A stretch of DNA of 52,681 nucleotides, filler included, from Circinaria calcarea (Eukaryota): NCBI GenBank assembly GCA_051942165.1. It is 3 parts of 3 records of this genome, joined end to end, with 100 filler letters (N's around TTAATTAATTAA, not from the genome) between each part and the next. Parts side by side here need not be neighbours in the genome. Positions count along the whole stretch, not along the records: positions 35,217 to 52,681 come from JAVECS010000267.1; 2 more parts are not named here. One strand, written 5' to 3'. The notes beneath the pieces are model-generated. The model searched no databases. It saw only the letters and a list, made by a program, of their open reading frames with translations, and was not told the DNA's origin. A program made the position numbers and the translations under genes. This document shows, in pieces, positions 35,570 to 46,985 of the stretch (within the stretch, counting starts at the first letter, position 1; the number at the start of each line of letters is the position of its first letter).

Positions 35570-38460
35570 TCACGGTCCAAAATGAATGGTAGTAGCCCAG
35601 GACAATAGGTCATCAGAGATTCGTCGGGCAGCCAACACAGCATCATGAAGTGCATAGGCTATCCTCCCATGTCCAGCAATTTCGCTCTCCGTAAAAACTA
35701 TTTGGTAGAATTTCTTGGCAATCTCGACAGAGAGGTCATCGTCAGCTTCCCAAAATGACGCGATCACATGAGAATATCCAGCAACCTGAAAACCGCCAGC
35801 AAGATGAATTCCTTCATCCATAAGAGGCAAAGATGCATTCTCCGCTGTACAGTAAGCGGAGAGAAAAGCGAGTTGTGAGCGCTCTGTATTGATCGAGCTG
35901 ATATTTTCCACGGTGAGGAGGCTCTCTCTGGTGTTTTTGTGAAATCCCTTATCAGGTTCGTTTCCACATAGGAGAAGGCCGCTCCTAAATGGACTCATCG
36001 GATCCGCATATCCATGGCAAGCGAAGTGAACAGCATCGTACAACGGTAAATCATCCAGAATGACTTTCACTGGCCGACATTTACGTAACTTCACATTCAT
36101 GTATCTCCAAATAATGTCATAAATAGAACTAACCTCCCTTTCAACGCCCGGAAGGTCCGATTCACCAGGCGTTTGGGGCATGGCTACTAAAAGCAGACTG
36201 AACTCGCCCAATCCCAATGTCACTGACTTCTCTTTTGCATATGCTCGAGCTCAGAGCGTAGAAGCATAGGAGGAAACTACACAGCTCATAGTATTATTTT
36301 TTGGAGCGGAAGCTCCATAACCAGCGGCGTGAAAAGAAAATGCTGCCATGTGACCGACACCAATCCAATGAAGCCGCGGGAAGTTCGTGCCTGCAGCGGC
36401 TTGACTCCTGGACCGAAGCTTGGAAGTTGTGGTGGCATGGGAAGAGCTTACCACGTTGGGGTGCTGCTCCATCATGTCCGCAATGATCGAGAGCTCGATT
36501 GTATTCGAATTTTGGAGCGTATCTCTTTGTCTCTTACCATTCAATCGTGCGGCATCCTTCAGATTGTCGGGAAGGTTGTACTCTGAAAGGGTTTTCAACG
36601 GCCTGAGATTGAGGCCGTGCAGGACTGGTCCGACAATATTGTCCCACAACCATTCTAGAAAGCTTCGCATTTCCGCGTTCACCAGAAGCCAAGTATTAGC
36701 ATGGTTGTCATGATCATAACCGAATCTATCTCTGATTTGGCAATAGTATTTCCTGGAATATTCGTAGATCAACTGGCTCAGTGGCAAGGCCTGAATATGT
36801 GCATGACTGTGGATCAATAGAGTATCAGTACGGTATTTGGTGGTGTTGGGAAGGACTGTACTCTGATCAGGTGCAGTCTCAACAAGCTTGGATTTTGATG
36901 GCAGATTGTGAAAGTGTTCGAATCCCTTCCTCGTGCGTATTTCCAGTATCAACTCTTCCAAGTCCAACACCACAGCTTGTCTCAGCGGGGTGGCATTGGT
37001 CTCATGTGCTCTGCTTCCAGGCGGCAAATTGACCAAGAATCTAAGGTCTTCATATCGTTTAGCCAAGTGTGGGTATAAACGATACAGAAGTGAGAGATCA
37101 GCTTTCGAACTAATTGTCAAGCGATTGATGGCGCCACGGCTCACTTCTAAGACTCTGATAGCATTACAAATATCATTGCTGCACTGCAGCGAGACTGCGC
37201 AAATGGGTTCGGCGTCTGTCTTCTGGCCCTGCAGAGGGTGCCCGTGCAAGTATGTTTGCGGAGAATGGCTGCTTCCATACTGGCGCAGGCGCGGAGGGAG
37301 GTCCCCCATGCGAAGGAATGGCTGTCAGGAATTCTGGTGCCGTTGAACTTGCGCTGATCTGGAGATTGAGTGGAGCAGTTGTAACGGCTGAGATTGCTGG
37401 AGCGGAAATGAATCTGGGTTTGTAGGAAGGCGCGTGTAGCCCTGTAGTAATCCGCGCAGTGTTTCAGTGCGAGTACGATTGAGAGAGGCGCAGGTGCGGC
37501 CTTGCTTTCTTGAACCCGACGGCCCCACCAGCATCTCACTCGGATTTTCTTGATATCTCAAGCTCGCTGGGTGAAGTGGGTCCGGTCAAGTCATGGAGAG
37601 TCTGGGACGAAGGCGATACAGGATTCCATGTTCATTCAGTTTTAAACAGTCCAATAGTTTCCACAAGCTCCAACCTCAGTATTATCATGGACATGGCAAT
37701 CAAAGACTTCCAACAGACTATGACTCTAACCCGCCCGGTCAAATTTCTGGACTGGACAAAGAAAACAGAGTATCAGGGTGACTTGCCCTTCTATTTCGGC
37801 GTGAGTTTCGAGCGCGTGGTCGATGGGCATCCATTCAGTATCCAGGAGTAAGCTGCGCTGAACACTCTTGTGCGGATCAAAGAGGCGGTCGATCATCAAG
37901 TCATCACCGGACCATTTATTGGGATGATCGCCTTGCAATTGCAGGCAACGCAGGTTCAGGAGGGGACTATGAGAATCTTCCAGAGTGTGTATCCTCCCGC
38001 GGAGAGTGAGCAGTTGGGAGGCTGCATGGTATCCTGGGCTAGTGCAACAAATCTGACCAGCAGCGGCGCGATTGGCAACCAAAGTTGTGAAAATGTCGAC
38101 AAAACTCTCGACTTTCAAATGCCTCTCAATGGAAGTGATCCAAGCACGCCAAAAGGATCCATCACATTGCCCGGAAGGGTCAGCTTCAGTAGTAGCGTCC
38201 TCAAAATGAGCTGAATCACTAGCTTGCTTGGATGATTCAAAAACTTCAGACATTATTTGCAACCTGGCTGCCTGGATGGAGGTTCATCATTGAGCACTGC
38301 ACGAAGTGAAAGCAGTTGGAAAGCCGGAACATGTGGGCCGTGATTTTGATTCGGGACGGCAGGCATCAGTTGGTCATTGAATGACATTTGGCTGTAGAAA
38401 TGGCCATGCTTGATAGTTTCGCTGACCGTAGCGCGGCCGGGTAATTGCTCGCTTTTTCCT
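35570..38460 (-). pseudogene. CHAT protease gene (TPR-like helical region + CHAT), multiple lesions
   Basis: VLEVSRG, LEWLWDNIVGPVL, RLHWIGVG, FHAAG, VVSSYASTL[TGA]ARAYAK, AMPQTPG, VHFACHG, AFLSAYCTA (catalytic Cys position reads Tyr), WATTIHFGP*; frameshifts in 37150-38460. Confidence 0.85.
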
Positions 38461-38576
38461 TACCTATCCACAGATGTATATCATGTTAGCTAACCGATTC
38501 CTCTCCCAAGGCTCTGTAGCTTGCTTGCCACGAGCGGAGCTTAGAAACCGCACAAGTCATCAGAGTACGTGGATTC

Positions 38577-40649
38577 TCACCCATGTTCGGTTTTATATTC
38601 TGTAGAGACAGCTGCGATATTAGTGGGAGACGGAAGCTGCAAGTGTTGTTTATGTGTGAATGAGCTTCCGAAGCTCCTTTTCTGAACGAAGTGTTCGAAA
38701 AGTCCATACCATAAAGTACCTGGTGGTAAGTAGACAACCCTTGTATTGTCTGTCGGCAATTTTTCATTGTCGTCTGGCGCGAGGTCTTGTCCTGTCAACG
38801 CCGTCGACTCTTTACCTGCACTTTCACTATGATGAGCCTCATCTTCGTCGTCGTTTGATTCGTCTGTGTACGACTCGGAAGATTCTCCTGTGGTCGATCC
38901 TTCTGTTATGTCTTCCCGAATTGCTGCCGTCAATGCATCTTGACTTTCCATTATCGCCCTGGGTACGAGTCAGAGAGGTTCTTGAAATAGTTTGGATCAA
39001 GTTGCTCACCTGTTCTTCTCCTCCTTCCTGCTCTGTCTTGTGGGCAGCACATCGTTGATTTGCGCCTCGTCGAGTAGATCCAACAACCAGTCATTTCCCA
39101 TTGAATCATTTCCAGGATCATTGGCGAGGGGATTAGAAGCGGCCATCAGAATTTCATACATGTCAATGCTTCCATCGCTATCGATTGCTAATTGTTGAGT
39201 TTGGTCAAAATAGTCGGTGAGCGATACTGACACGTGCCCCTTATCAGCTACAGTTGCGTCGTGTGGGGCCCAACACATTCTCCAGATAAACAGTAACGTA
39301 GCATCCTCCGCGTGTCGAACACAGCGCAGCATAATCTCAAGTGCTTTAGGCACGGAGAATGCATGACCATCGACTAAGATGAGCGAATTGTGGCGATAAG
39401 CTTTTAGAGTTGCATTGTATACAATGATGAATGGCGGTGGATCCGCTCGAGAGAAAAATCTCATGCTTCCTTGAAGAGGCGACTCGACATCGCCCATGTG
39501 GGGAAATAGCTTCAGCAAGGGTAACGTGTGCTGAGTGTCCACTCTCCTGGCAACGTAATGACTTTGAAACTCTGGATCAGGTGCAGAGCGGGAGGGCTGT
39601 TGTACTTGTAGCGTAGTTAGCGGGGGAAGATCGGATAAGCTTCCAAGGGTCTGTAGCTCATCTTCTCGCTTTTGTTCCCATAATTTGAAGAGGTATAGAA
39701 GCTCTTGTGTGGAAGGTTGAGCATCATAGTCAATGATTGTACCAATCATGCCCATCCAAGCGAGTAAATTGTGATTTCGCTCGCTATCAGCAGCGCTATC
39801 TTCGGTAGATAAAGTCTCTTGTAACCACATCGCCTGCGCCAACAGCCGAACTTCATGGAAGCCGAATCTTCGACGAGCTTGCAGCCATTTTTGGACGTGT
39901 GAGAGACTGGTGAAGACTTCAATAAAGCTGTGCTCGAAAAGAGCTGGGATTGGACAGAGCATCCGCATTCGCGCGGCTGCAGTCTCGACCTGTGCCCATT
40001 CAACCTGACTTGTGCCACATGTAACGATGATTGAAGGTATCTCCCCCACGTAGTTGGTTTGTAGAAGTGCCATCTCTCTGAACCATGGTCTGTAAAGCAA
40101 ATTTGCCAGATGACATCTTGCTGCCTTGCCACTGTGCTGCGCTCGAACGGCTAACAAAGGCCGAAGATCTTTTCGTGGATCTTCAGTTTCTGCCAAACTC
40201 CGGCAGAGGCTGAATGCAGCGTCGGTAGATGATACAGTTCCGGGCCCAAGATATCTACCCAAGATATCATCCGGCTCCTCATCTTTCCCAATCCACATGG
40301 TCACATTTTGAGCGCTTGTCCGGAAGAACTTGATCTTCCCAGAGCGTTCCTTGGAGTTCAACGCTCGTTGATGTCCGAGGCAGAGGGTTTCAATCCATAG
40401 TCTCCTGGATTCCCCTTGTCTGACGACATGTGCGAGAGCGTCCGTCAGGGGAGACTGTATCGTAGTTGGCTCATCATCGATTAGAATCGAGGCATCGTGA
40501 CTGTCGCTCTCCACATCCATGTATTCCAGTACATCATAGGAAGGGCATGTCTTCCACGGATATCGCTGTAACGAGTATCGCCAACCTTGCTGCGACTCGC
40601 GGTTGTAAGGGAATTTCAGCAGATAAATCTCATGTGGTAAGACACCCAT
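38577..40649 (-). CDS. Tandem degenerate HET-like domains + acidic linker exon (possibly the 5' part of the downstream CHAT gene)
   Basis: HET-like 1: LTDALAHVV..RRLWIETLCL..AQNVTMWIG..LLYRPWFREMALLQ..IIVTCGTSQVEW. HET-like 2: LLKLFP..LQGSM..ILVDGHAFSVPKALEIMLRCVR..LFIWRMC. A 51-nt intron (38959-39009, GTGAGC...CTGAC...CAG) splices in frame to ORF 38577-38951. Confidence 0.65.
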
Positions 40650-41234
40650 GCTTCGTGAAATCCTTTCAGTTGAGGCTTGATTTGATCATCAGCCTGGGAA
40701 CCGAGATGTCCGCCAGAGGCAGATGCAAACCTGCGGTTGACAGACCTGCAGATAGAGACTCTGTCACCTCGTGACCACGATACCGGGCCTCAGCATGTGC
40801 ATCTGCAAGCCGCGGCATGCCAATTGTGACCTGAAGTTTTGAGACTTTGCTCACTGCTTGCGAGTAGATACCCGGTTTCATTCGGAAGGGTGGGCTCACA
40901 AGAGGCTGTATAGACCAGGCAGCAGTAGCGGTCAGCAAATGATGTCATTATTGTCTGCAGCATAGAAACGCACCAACCAATGGCAGGCTCTTTGCCCTGG
41001 AGGACCCTGCATAAGTCTGCACACTAGGATTATATGTCGTCATTGTCGTCGTCCATTGTCTCCCCCGCCTCTTTACGCAATCTCAGCATATGTATGCATT
41101 GTAGGTCATAGACTGTTGAATCTTGAGCGTGACATTTGGCCAAATCGCGGACTCTTTGGGTTGGACATGCACTGAAGATCATAGCCTGAGGCCCCCCCGT
41201 GAGGTGTGATCGGAGAGAGTGTTCGGATGACAAC

Positions 41235-43812
41235 ATGCAGCATCCAGATGAAAGAAACAATGTCCAGAGACTCGACACATCAAGCCAGGAGGTGGTGAAT
41301 GAGCTAATCATCGAGGCGTTATTCTTGACGCCCGCAAGGGCAACAACTGCGAGGAGGTATCACTACAATCTCAGAGCCGCCCAACATGAGAAGGGTAAAT
41401 GTCTGAGCGCACTTAGTGACCGTTCAAGGAATGATGGCAGTACTGCACCTACATTGCCAGAACATCTCATCAAGGCGTTGGCGTTGCAATACGAAAAGGT
41501 CTCGGAAACGGCTGCCTGTCATGCAAAGCGAGACTTGACCATTTCGGATCATAACGCAGAACTCTGCAAGCCTTGCCGTCGAATCTTCGATGGCAATGGG
41601 AGCTTTGCGCTTCCAGTCACCAAGGTGGAGAAAGGTGTTCATTACAGCCATTGGGATGTAAATCTCTTGAAAAGATCTGCCCAACGCTGTCCGCTGTGCT
41701 TGTTGATTCACAGGGGACTTGCAACTCCCCTTATGCCATTGGCGGTCAAGGATGTCATCCCTGCGCACTACGATGTTGTTGGTTTCCCCAACGACAAGGA
41801 GGTGTACACAATCAGGGTTTTGTTCTATGGTCTGTCTCTTAAAAACACAAGGCTGCTGCCCAAAATCACGGATGAGGTAAGAATTACAATGATGGCCGTA
41901 CAGCGTAGGTAACATCCATCCATGCGTCAGTTTTGGCTAAAACGAGCCCTCAGCATCGCATTTGCCCAAAGATCTTCGAAAGCTCAAGGATAGATCAACG
42001 ACCACAATCTCACCTAGCCATTGCTCAATGCTGATGAATTGGTTGAATAAGTGCGATACTTCGCATGCATGTCTCCGTGATTCCGGGAGGCTTGAACAGG
42101 GCCGATCGTCTCTCCCTACTCGCCTGATCGACGTTGGCAATGATCCACATGCCAGCCCTGTGCGCTTAGTCCTCTCTCAGGATCTCTCACCTAGCTTCAG
42201 ATATCTTACGCTGAGCCACTCTTGGGGATCACCAGAAGTAGCGATGACCGTCCAGCTTACAATGAAGAACAAGTCGAGCTTCATGACCTCCATGGGAGTT
42301 GAAAAATTACCAAGAACATTTGCCGACACGATACTCCTCGCGCGCCATCTGGGTGTTTGCTACCTATGGATTGATTCACTTTGTATCGTGCAAGATGATG
42401 AGATGGACTGGAAGACAGAAGCCGCAAAGATGGCCGAAGTATACGCTAACGCATATATCAATGTAGCAGCCACAGCCTCCTCGAATTCCAGCCAAGGACT
42501 ATTCAAAGACAGGAATCCAATGACTACCAAGCGTTGCGTTGCTACGGTACGGGAAGGCCACTCGCTTATTCCTGCTGGGACATACCAATGTTTTAATGCG
42601 AGAGAATGGATGTGCCAGATTAGCAGGGCGCCCTTAAGCAAACGCGCATGGGTTTATCAAGAGTGGCTCCTGTCACCACGCATTCTACACTTCGCCAATG
42701 ACCAAATTTTTTGGGAGTGTCGGGAGATGCATGCGTCTGAAACATTTCAGGATCACATTCCGGCACGTTACGAGTTTGGTCTGCGAAGGTTTGATCTCGA
42801 ATCATCCAAGGAAGTCACCAAGCGAAAATTCCTCGAGATATGGGATACCATAGTGCAGGAATACACGGCGCGTGACCTGACTTATGTTTCAGACAAGCTT
42901 ACGGCTCTATCTGGTCTAGCTAGAACCCTGCACCGAAGACACCCAGAAGCAGGAAAATACGTGGGTGGAATGTGGGCAAAGTACTTAATTGATCAGCTGG
43001 CCTGGTCAGCTTCGTGCAAGGCCCACAGATCGAACATTTATCGCGCCCCATCCTGGTCTTGGGCCTCCATGGACGGTAGCATCAGCCCGAACTTCAATTG
43101 GCGCCTTGTCAGTCGAGAACACCGCAATCGAGCCTGCCGCTCTCCAGTTACAATCCTGAGTATTGATGCCAGTTTCACAGACGATCTGTTTGATTCGATG
43201 ATCAAGGCTACATTGAAAGTGGAGGCGCCACTGCTCAAAATCACCATAGAGGCTGGTGAAGGGGCAACAGAGGACGACGACGACGACAAGAATCGCGAGC
43301 CAATTCAGATGATGAACAACACTGTCGCAGGAACGCTTTCAAATGAAACAGAGCGCCCAAGACCATTGGGAGATCGCGACTTTCGTCTACTGCTGAGCGC
43401 GAAGAATCACCCGTTTTTTATGAGAGAGGGATCACGAGGACGACTTGACGACGATCGTGATATCTCGGCTGAGCCAGAGCTGTATTTCATGCCCTTACTC
43501 ATCTACAATAATAAGCTTCCGAGGTTCGGTGATGAGGAATGGCCTGTGGTTGACGAGATCATTGGCCTTGTTCTGGAACCCACGGGTGCAATGGAAGGGC
43601 AATACAAGAGGTGTGGCACATGTACGGTAGATGAAGCAGACATTGAGCTTCTGTTGTGCGACCTAGGAAATCAGAGGCCTGATGAGGTCGCGTATGAGCA
43701 GTGGAAGCCTGGGGACATTGGTCTTGATGATATGTTTCCTCCGGACTATGTCTGTAAGGACCTGGACTTTATTCCAAAACGCTTCGATCGATTCGTACTT
43801 AGCATCATCTGA
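41235..43812 (+). CDS. HET-domain (heterokaryon incompatibility, TIR-like) protein, 2 exons, ~842 aa
   Basis: Intron 41905-41953 joins the two ORFs in frame. LCKPC/CPLC N-region; LPTRLIDVG, YLTLSHSWG, YLWIDSLCIVQD, DWKTEAAKMAEVYANA, PLSKRAWVYQEWLLSPR, IFWEC, DKLTALSGLA, YRAPSWSWAS. Confidence 0.92.
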
Positions 43813-43983
43813 AGCTTGCTGACCTAGTAACTTCTAGCCTTGCCCGAAAGTTTGAAAGCTTATATCAGCGCAAACATGAAGACAGGGTCATCACTTATCG
43901 TCCGGCATGCCTGCTCGTTTTCGCCACCCCTTGCGTGGATTTCGTCGAAATTCTTGATTCATTAAGTTACTAATTAAGAAAAC

Positions 43984-44330
43984 TCAATGGATTGTGCTAC
44001 AGATCCACTGCAAGCTGGCAGCCACGTAGTCTGAGTGACGGTGGGCTGTTGAAGCATTCATATGCTGCCTACCCCAGACGATGGCTTGAGCAAGGTCCTT
44101 CAGCTTCCCATCCCTTTCATAGCGTGTGCTAAGATGGTTGCTGAGGTTGTAAAGGTAGCCGGCTCGATTAGTGTTGCCATCTGGTATCAAATTAACGGCC
44201 TCTTGACTGTGCTTGATTACTTGAGTGAGGTCTTCCGGCTTGCCATCTCTTTCATAACGTGTGCTGAAATGGTTGCTGAGATTGCTAAAGCGGCTAGCTT
44301 TATTGGGGTTAGGATCTGGTGTTAGATATG
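43984..44330 (-). pseudogene. Isolated TPR-repeat fragment of a TPR-CHAT-type gene
   Basis: Two 45-aa (135-bp) repeats NLSNH(F/L)STRYERDGK..DL.Q.I; no start or protease domain. Confidence 0.7.
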
Positions 44331-44544
44331 ACCGCCGTGCAGAAAGCATGCATTGGTGGGGTCGGCACCAGGTCGTAGGACAGTTGCCCGATGCGCCATG
44401 CGCAAGGCTGAATTGTAGGCTTCATCGGACAACGCCGAGCGTCAGGCAGCTGGGGTCGCCGCTCAAACCGCGCCGTGCTTTTAATCGCTTGGACATCTTT
44501 AAGCTGACGATCGCCTCGGAAACTTAACTGCGACGTCAACCCAA

Positions 44545-45414
44545 ATCGCGGAAGTCGCTGGTCTCGCTATAGGTGCTGTGAGCCTTGCTGCACTTTTCAC
44601 GACATGCGTTGAATGCCTTGACTATATCAGCCTTGGACGGAACCATGGCCGAGACTATGAGCTGTCCATGACAAAGCTTATCTTGCTCAAGGCTAGACTC
44701 ATCGCATGGGGTCAGTCCCTTCAAGTAACGGATGGGGGCCGAGAGAACACAGCTTTGCGAGATCACTGGTCCGCAGAGGGGGAAACCGTTGGGAGATGCC
44801 TAACAAGCATCAAAATGATGTTTGAAGAAGCTGATCAGACAGAGTCAAGATACGGGTTGAAGCCACTGTCAGCGCACTCTAGTTCTATCTCTTTACCCCA
44901 GGAACAGAGAAGCAACGCCTTCTCTCGGGTCGAGACCGTTTTCAGATCGAGAGTAGTCCAAAGGCAAGAGGAAGTCTCGATGCTTCAGAAAACTCGATGG
45001 GCGATCTGCGACAAGAAGAATTTTGACTCGATGATTGCGGACCTGACTCTCTTGATCGATGGACTCATAGACCTGAGTGAAAGACTGCAGGCGCTCGAGC
45101 TTCAGCAGAGGCTGCTGCGGGTCGAAGTCCAAGCAATTACGGACGTGAATAGTATTCGTCTCATGGAAGAAGCGTCGGACCAACTTCAAGCCCCAGCCGG
45201 GTCGCAAATCACAGAGAGAGGGAGCGACAGGCGAGACACGTCCGGTCATACATACATCAATACAATCATCAAGGATCAGGCCAAAGTCCTCAACGGAAAT
45301 ATCGGCTACCAGAGCCAGACCTCGCACGTGTACCGAGGGTTTCAGGTCTTGGATGATGCACATGCAATGCAAGGGGATGTATCAAATAAGGCAGCGCTCG
45401 CAATAATGAGTTGA
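44545..45414 (+). CDS. HET-S-like protein: HeLo domain + C-terminal two-repeat amyloid (HRAM-like) motif; expected start codon reads ATC
   Basis: (I)AEVAGLAIGAVSLAALFTTCVECLDYI..GRDYE...LKARLIAWG...KTRWAICDKKNFDSMIADL..LIDGL. C-terminal repeats GHTYINTIIKDQAKVLNGNIG (45244-45306) and SHVYRGFQVLDDAHAMQGDVS (45322-45384). Confidence 0.85.
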   Translation: MAEVAGLAIGAVSLAALFTTCVECLDYISLGRNHGRDYELSMTKLILLKARLIAWGQSLQVTDGGRENTALRDHWSAEGETVGRCLTSIKMMFEEADQTESRYGLKPLSAHSSSISLPQEQRSNAFSRVETVFRSRVVQRQEEVSMLQKTRWAICDKKNFDSMIADLTLLIDGLIDLSERLQALELQQRLLRVEVQAITDVNSIRLMEEASDQLQAPAGSQITERGSDRRDTSGHTYINTIIKDQAKVLNGNIGYQSQTSHVYRGFQVLDDAHAMQGDVSNKAALAIMS

Positions 45415-45711
45415 TGATGGCCGGATCTGGAACTTAAGGAGGTGTACTTGATCTTGTGTTCATTGAATAGTGATATTGCTGCTTGTTGCCTAGGAGGACT
45501 AGGATGCAAAGTCAGACGCGTCCATCTCCCTCCCACTTATCAACGCACATCTCCTCTGTCCGGGCAACGTCAGCCTCAAAGTTTGATACAGGCATTCGTT
45601 CTACGCTTTCACCTGTCCGACTTTAGGTCTCTTCCCCAAAAGATTAGCCTTCGTAGTCTTTCTTGCGGCTTCCCTCATCGCATATTTCATTTATGCTGCG
45701 TTGAGGTCATC

Positions 45712-46503
45712 ATGGCTACCACCTCCAGCGACAACGTCAGACCCTTTGGCGAAGCTGGCGCCAAAAGCACAATCGATGGCTCTTGCTGAGGGCAAGGCTC
45801 GAAGGTCTGGCTGTCGGCCTTCTGACCACGAAGTTCCATACCAGGGTTCGAAATGGCTTCAAGCACGATTCCAGGGTCGCACCAGAACGAGCCATTTTCT
45901 GGCCAATGCATGAGTGACTGCGCTCAAGTATGAGAAATCTGGATTCCGCAGCAGGTTGAATCAGGACCTACGTTGTCTGATGCCCGGCGTCGTCCGATGG
46001 CGTCATGGGACGAGACCGTCAAGATCTGGGATGCCACCGACGGGACCTGCCTCCAGACGCTCGAAGGCCATAGCCGTGGGGTCAACTCAGTGGTCTTCTC
46101 GCATGACGACAAACATCTGGCGTCAGCATCATATGACCAGACAGTCAAGATCTGGGATGCGACCAACGGGATGTGTCTCCAAACGCTCGATGTTGGCACA
46201 TCCCTTCGAAATATATTGTTCGATAGATTCGGTTGCTTCCTTTTGACCGAGATTGGAGCCTTTGATCTTGAAGCTCAATCGGCTCCGATGCTCAAGCAAA
46301 GTACAACTAGTTATGGAGGACCACAACAGGACGGACTTGGTTTGAGTATTGACAAGAAGTGGATAGTGCGGGACTCGGAAAACATGTTGTGGCTGCCCCC
46401 AGACTACCGACCGTCTGTCTCGTCGGTAACGGCATTAGCAGTAGCCATTGGCTGCTCAACGGGACGAGTCATCATCTTTAACCTTTTCAATGACTTTGGT
46501 TAA
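45712..46503 (+). pseudogene. Collapsed NWD-type NLR remnant: N-terminus joined to the last WD40 repeats, NACHT absent
   Basis: ATG 45712 is in frame with the WD40 ORF 45973-46503 (SWDETVKIWDATDGTCLQTLEGH, LASASYDQTVKIWD, WLPPDYRP, IGCSTGRV) but three TGA stops intervene. R0-like EPFSGQCMSDCAQV at ~45889-45930. Confidence 0.7.
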
Positions 46504-46852
46504 GCTCTTGCAGCCAGCCAGGAGTCCAGGAAGTCCAAAAATGCGATAGCAAGAACAGGTAAGCAACGAAACATATCTGGTTACACAGCTGCAAGCAAGC
46601 ATGGAATTCTTCTTTACAGTATCATTTTCACCTAAGCTACCTAAACAGAAGTTATCACAAGTGTGCAGAAGGCTCTACGCACTTCCAAGCTCTTTCCATC
46701 CGTGCCAGCACTCTGCTAGGTTCACGCGGAAGCTGACTGTAAGACTAGAATATAAGCTCTGATGATTAGACAAGGTGACTGTAATCAGAGCTGCCAGGTC
46801 TGCAAAGTGTAATAGGAAAAGGAATCAGGGGAAGTGGAGTACGTTTCCTGAC

Positions 46853-46985
46853 TTCGGCAGAACCGAGGATGAGTGCGCTCGGAGTTAGGCTTTATTCCGA
46901 TCTCGCATGCAGCCACGCGCCTGACAGTCACGTGCTTGACAGCCACAGGCTTGGCTCTCGGATGACCGGTACACGGTAAGTTATT
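46853..46985 (-). repeat. Right arm of the long inverted repeat (partner at 35360-35495)
   Basis: See the left arm; repeated AGCCAC subunits. Confidence 0.85.
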
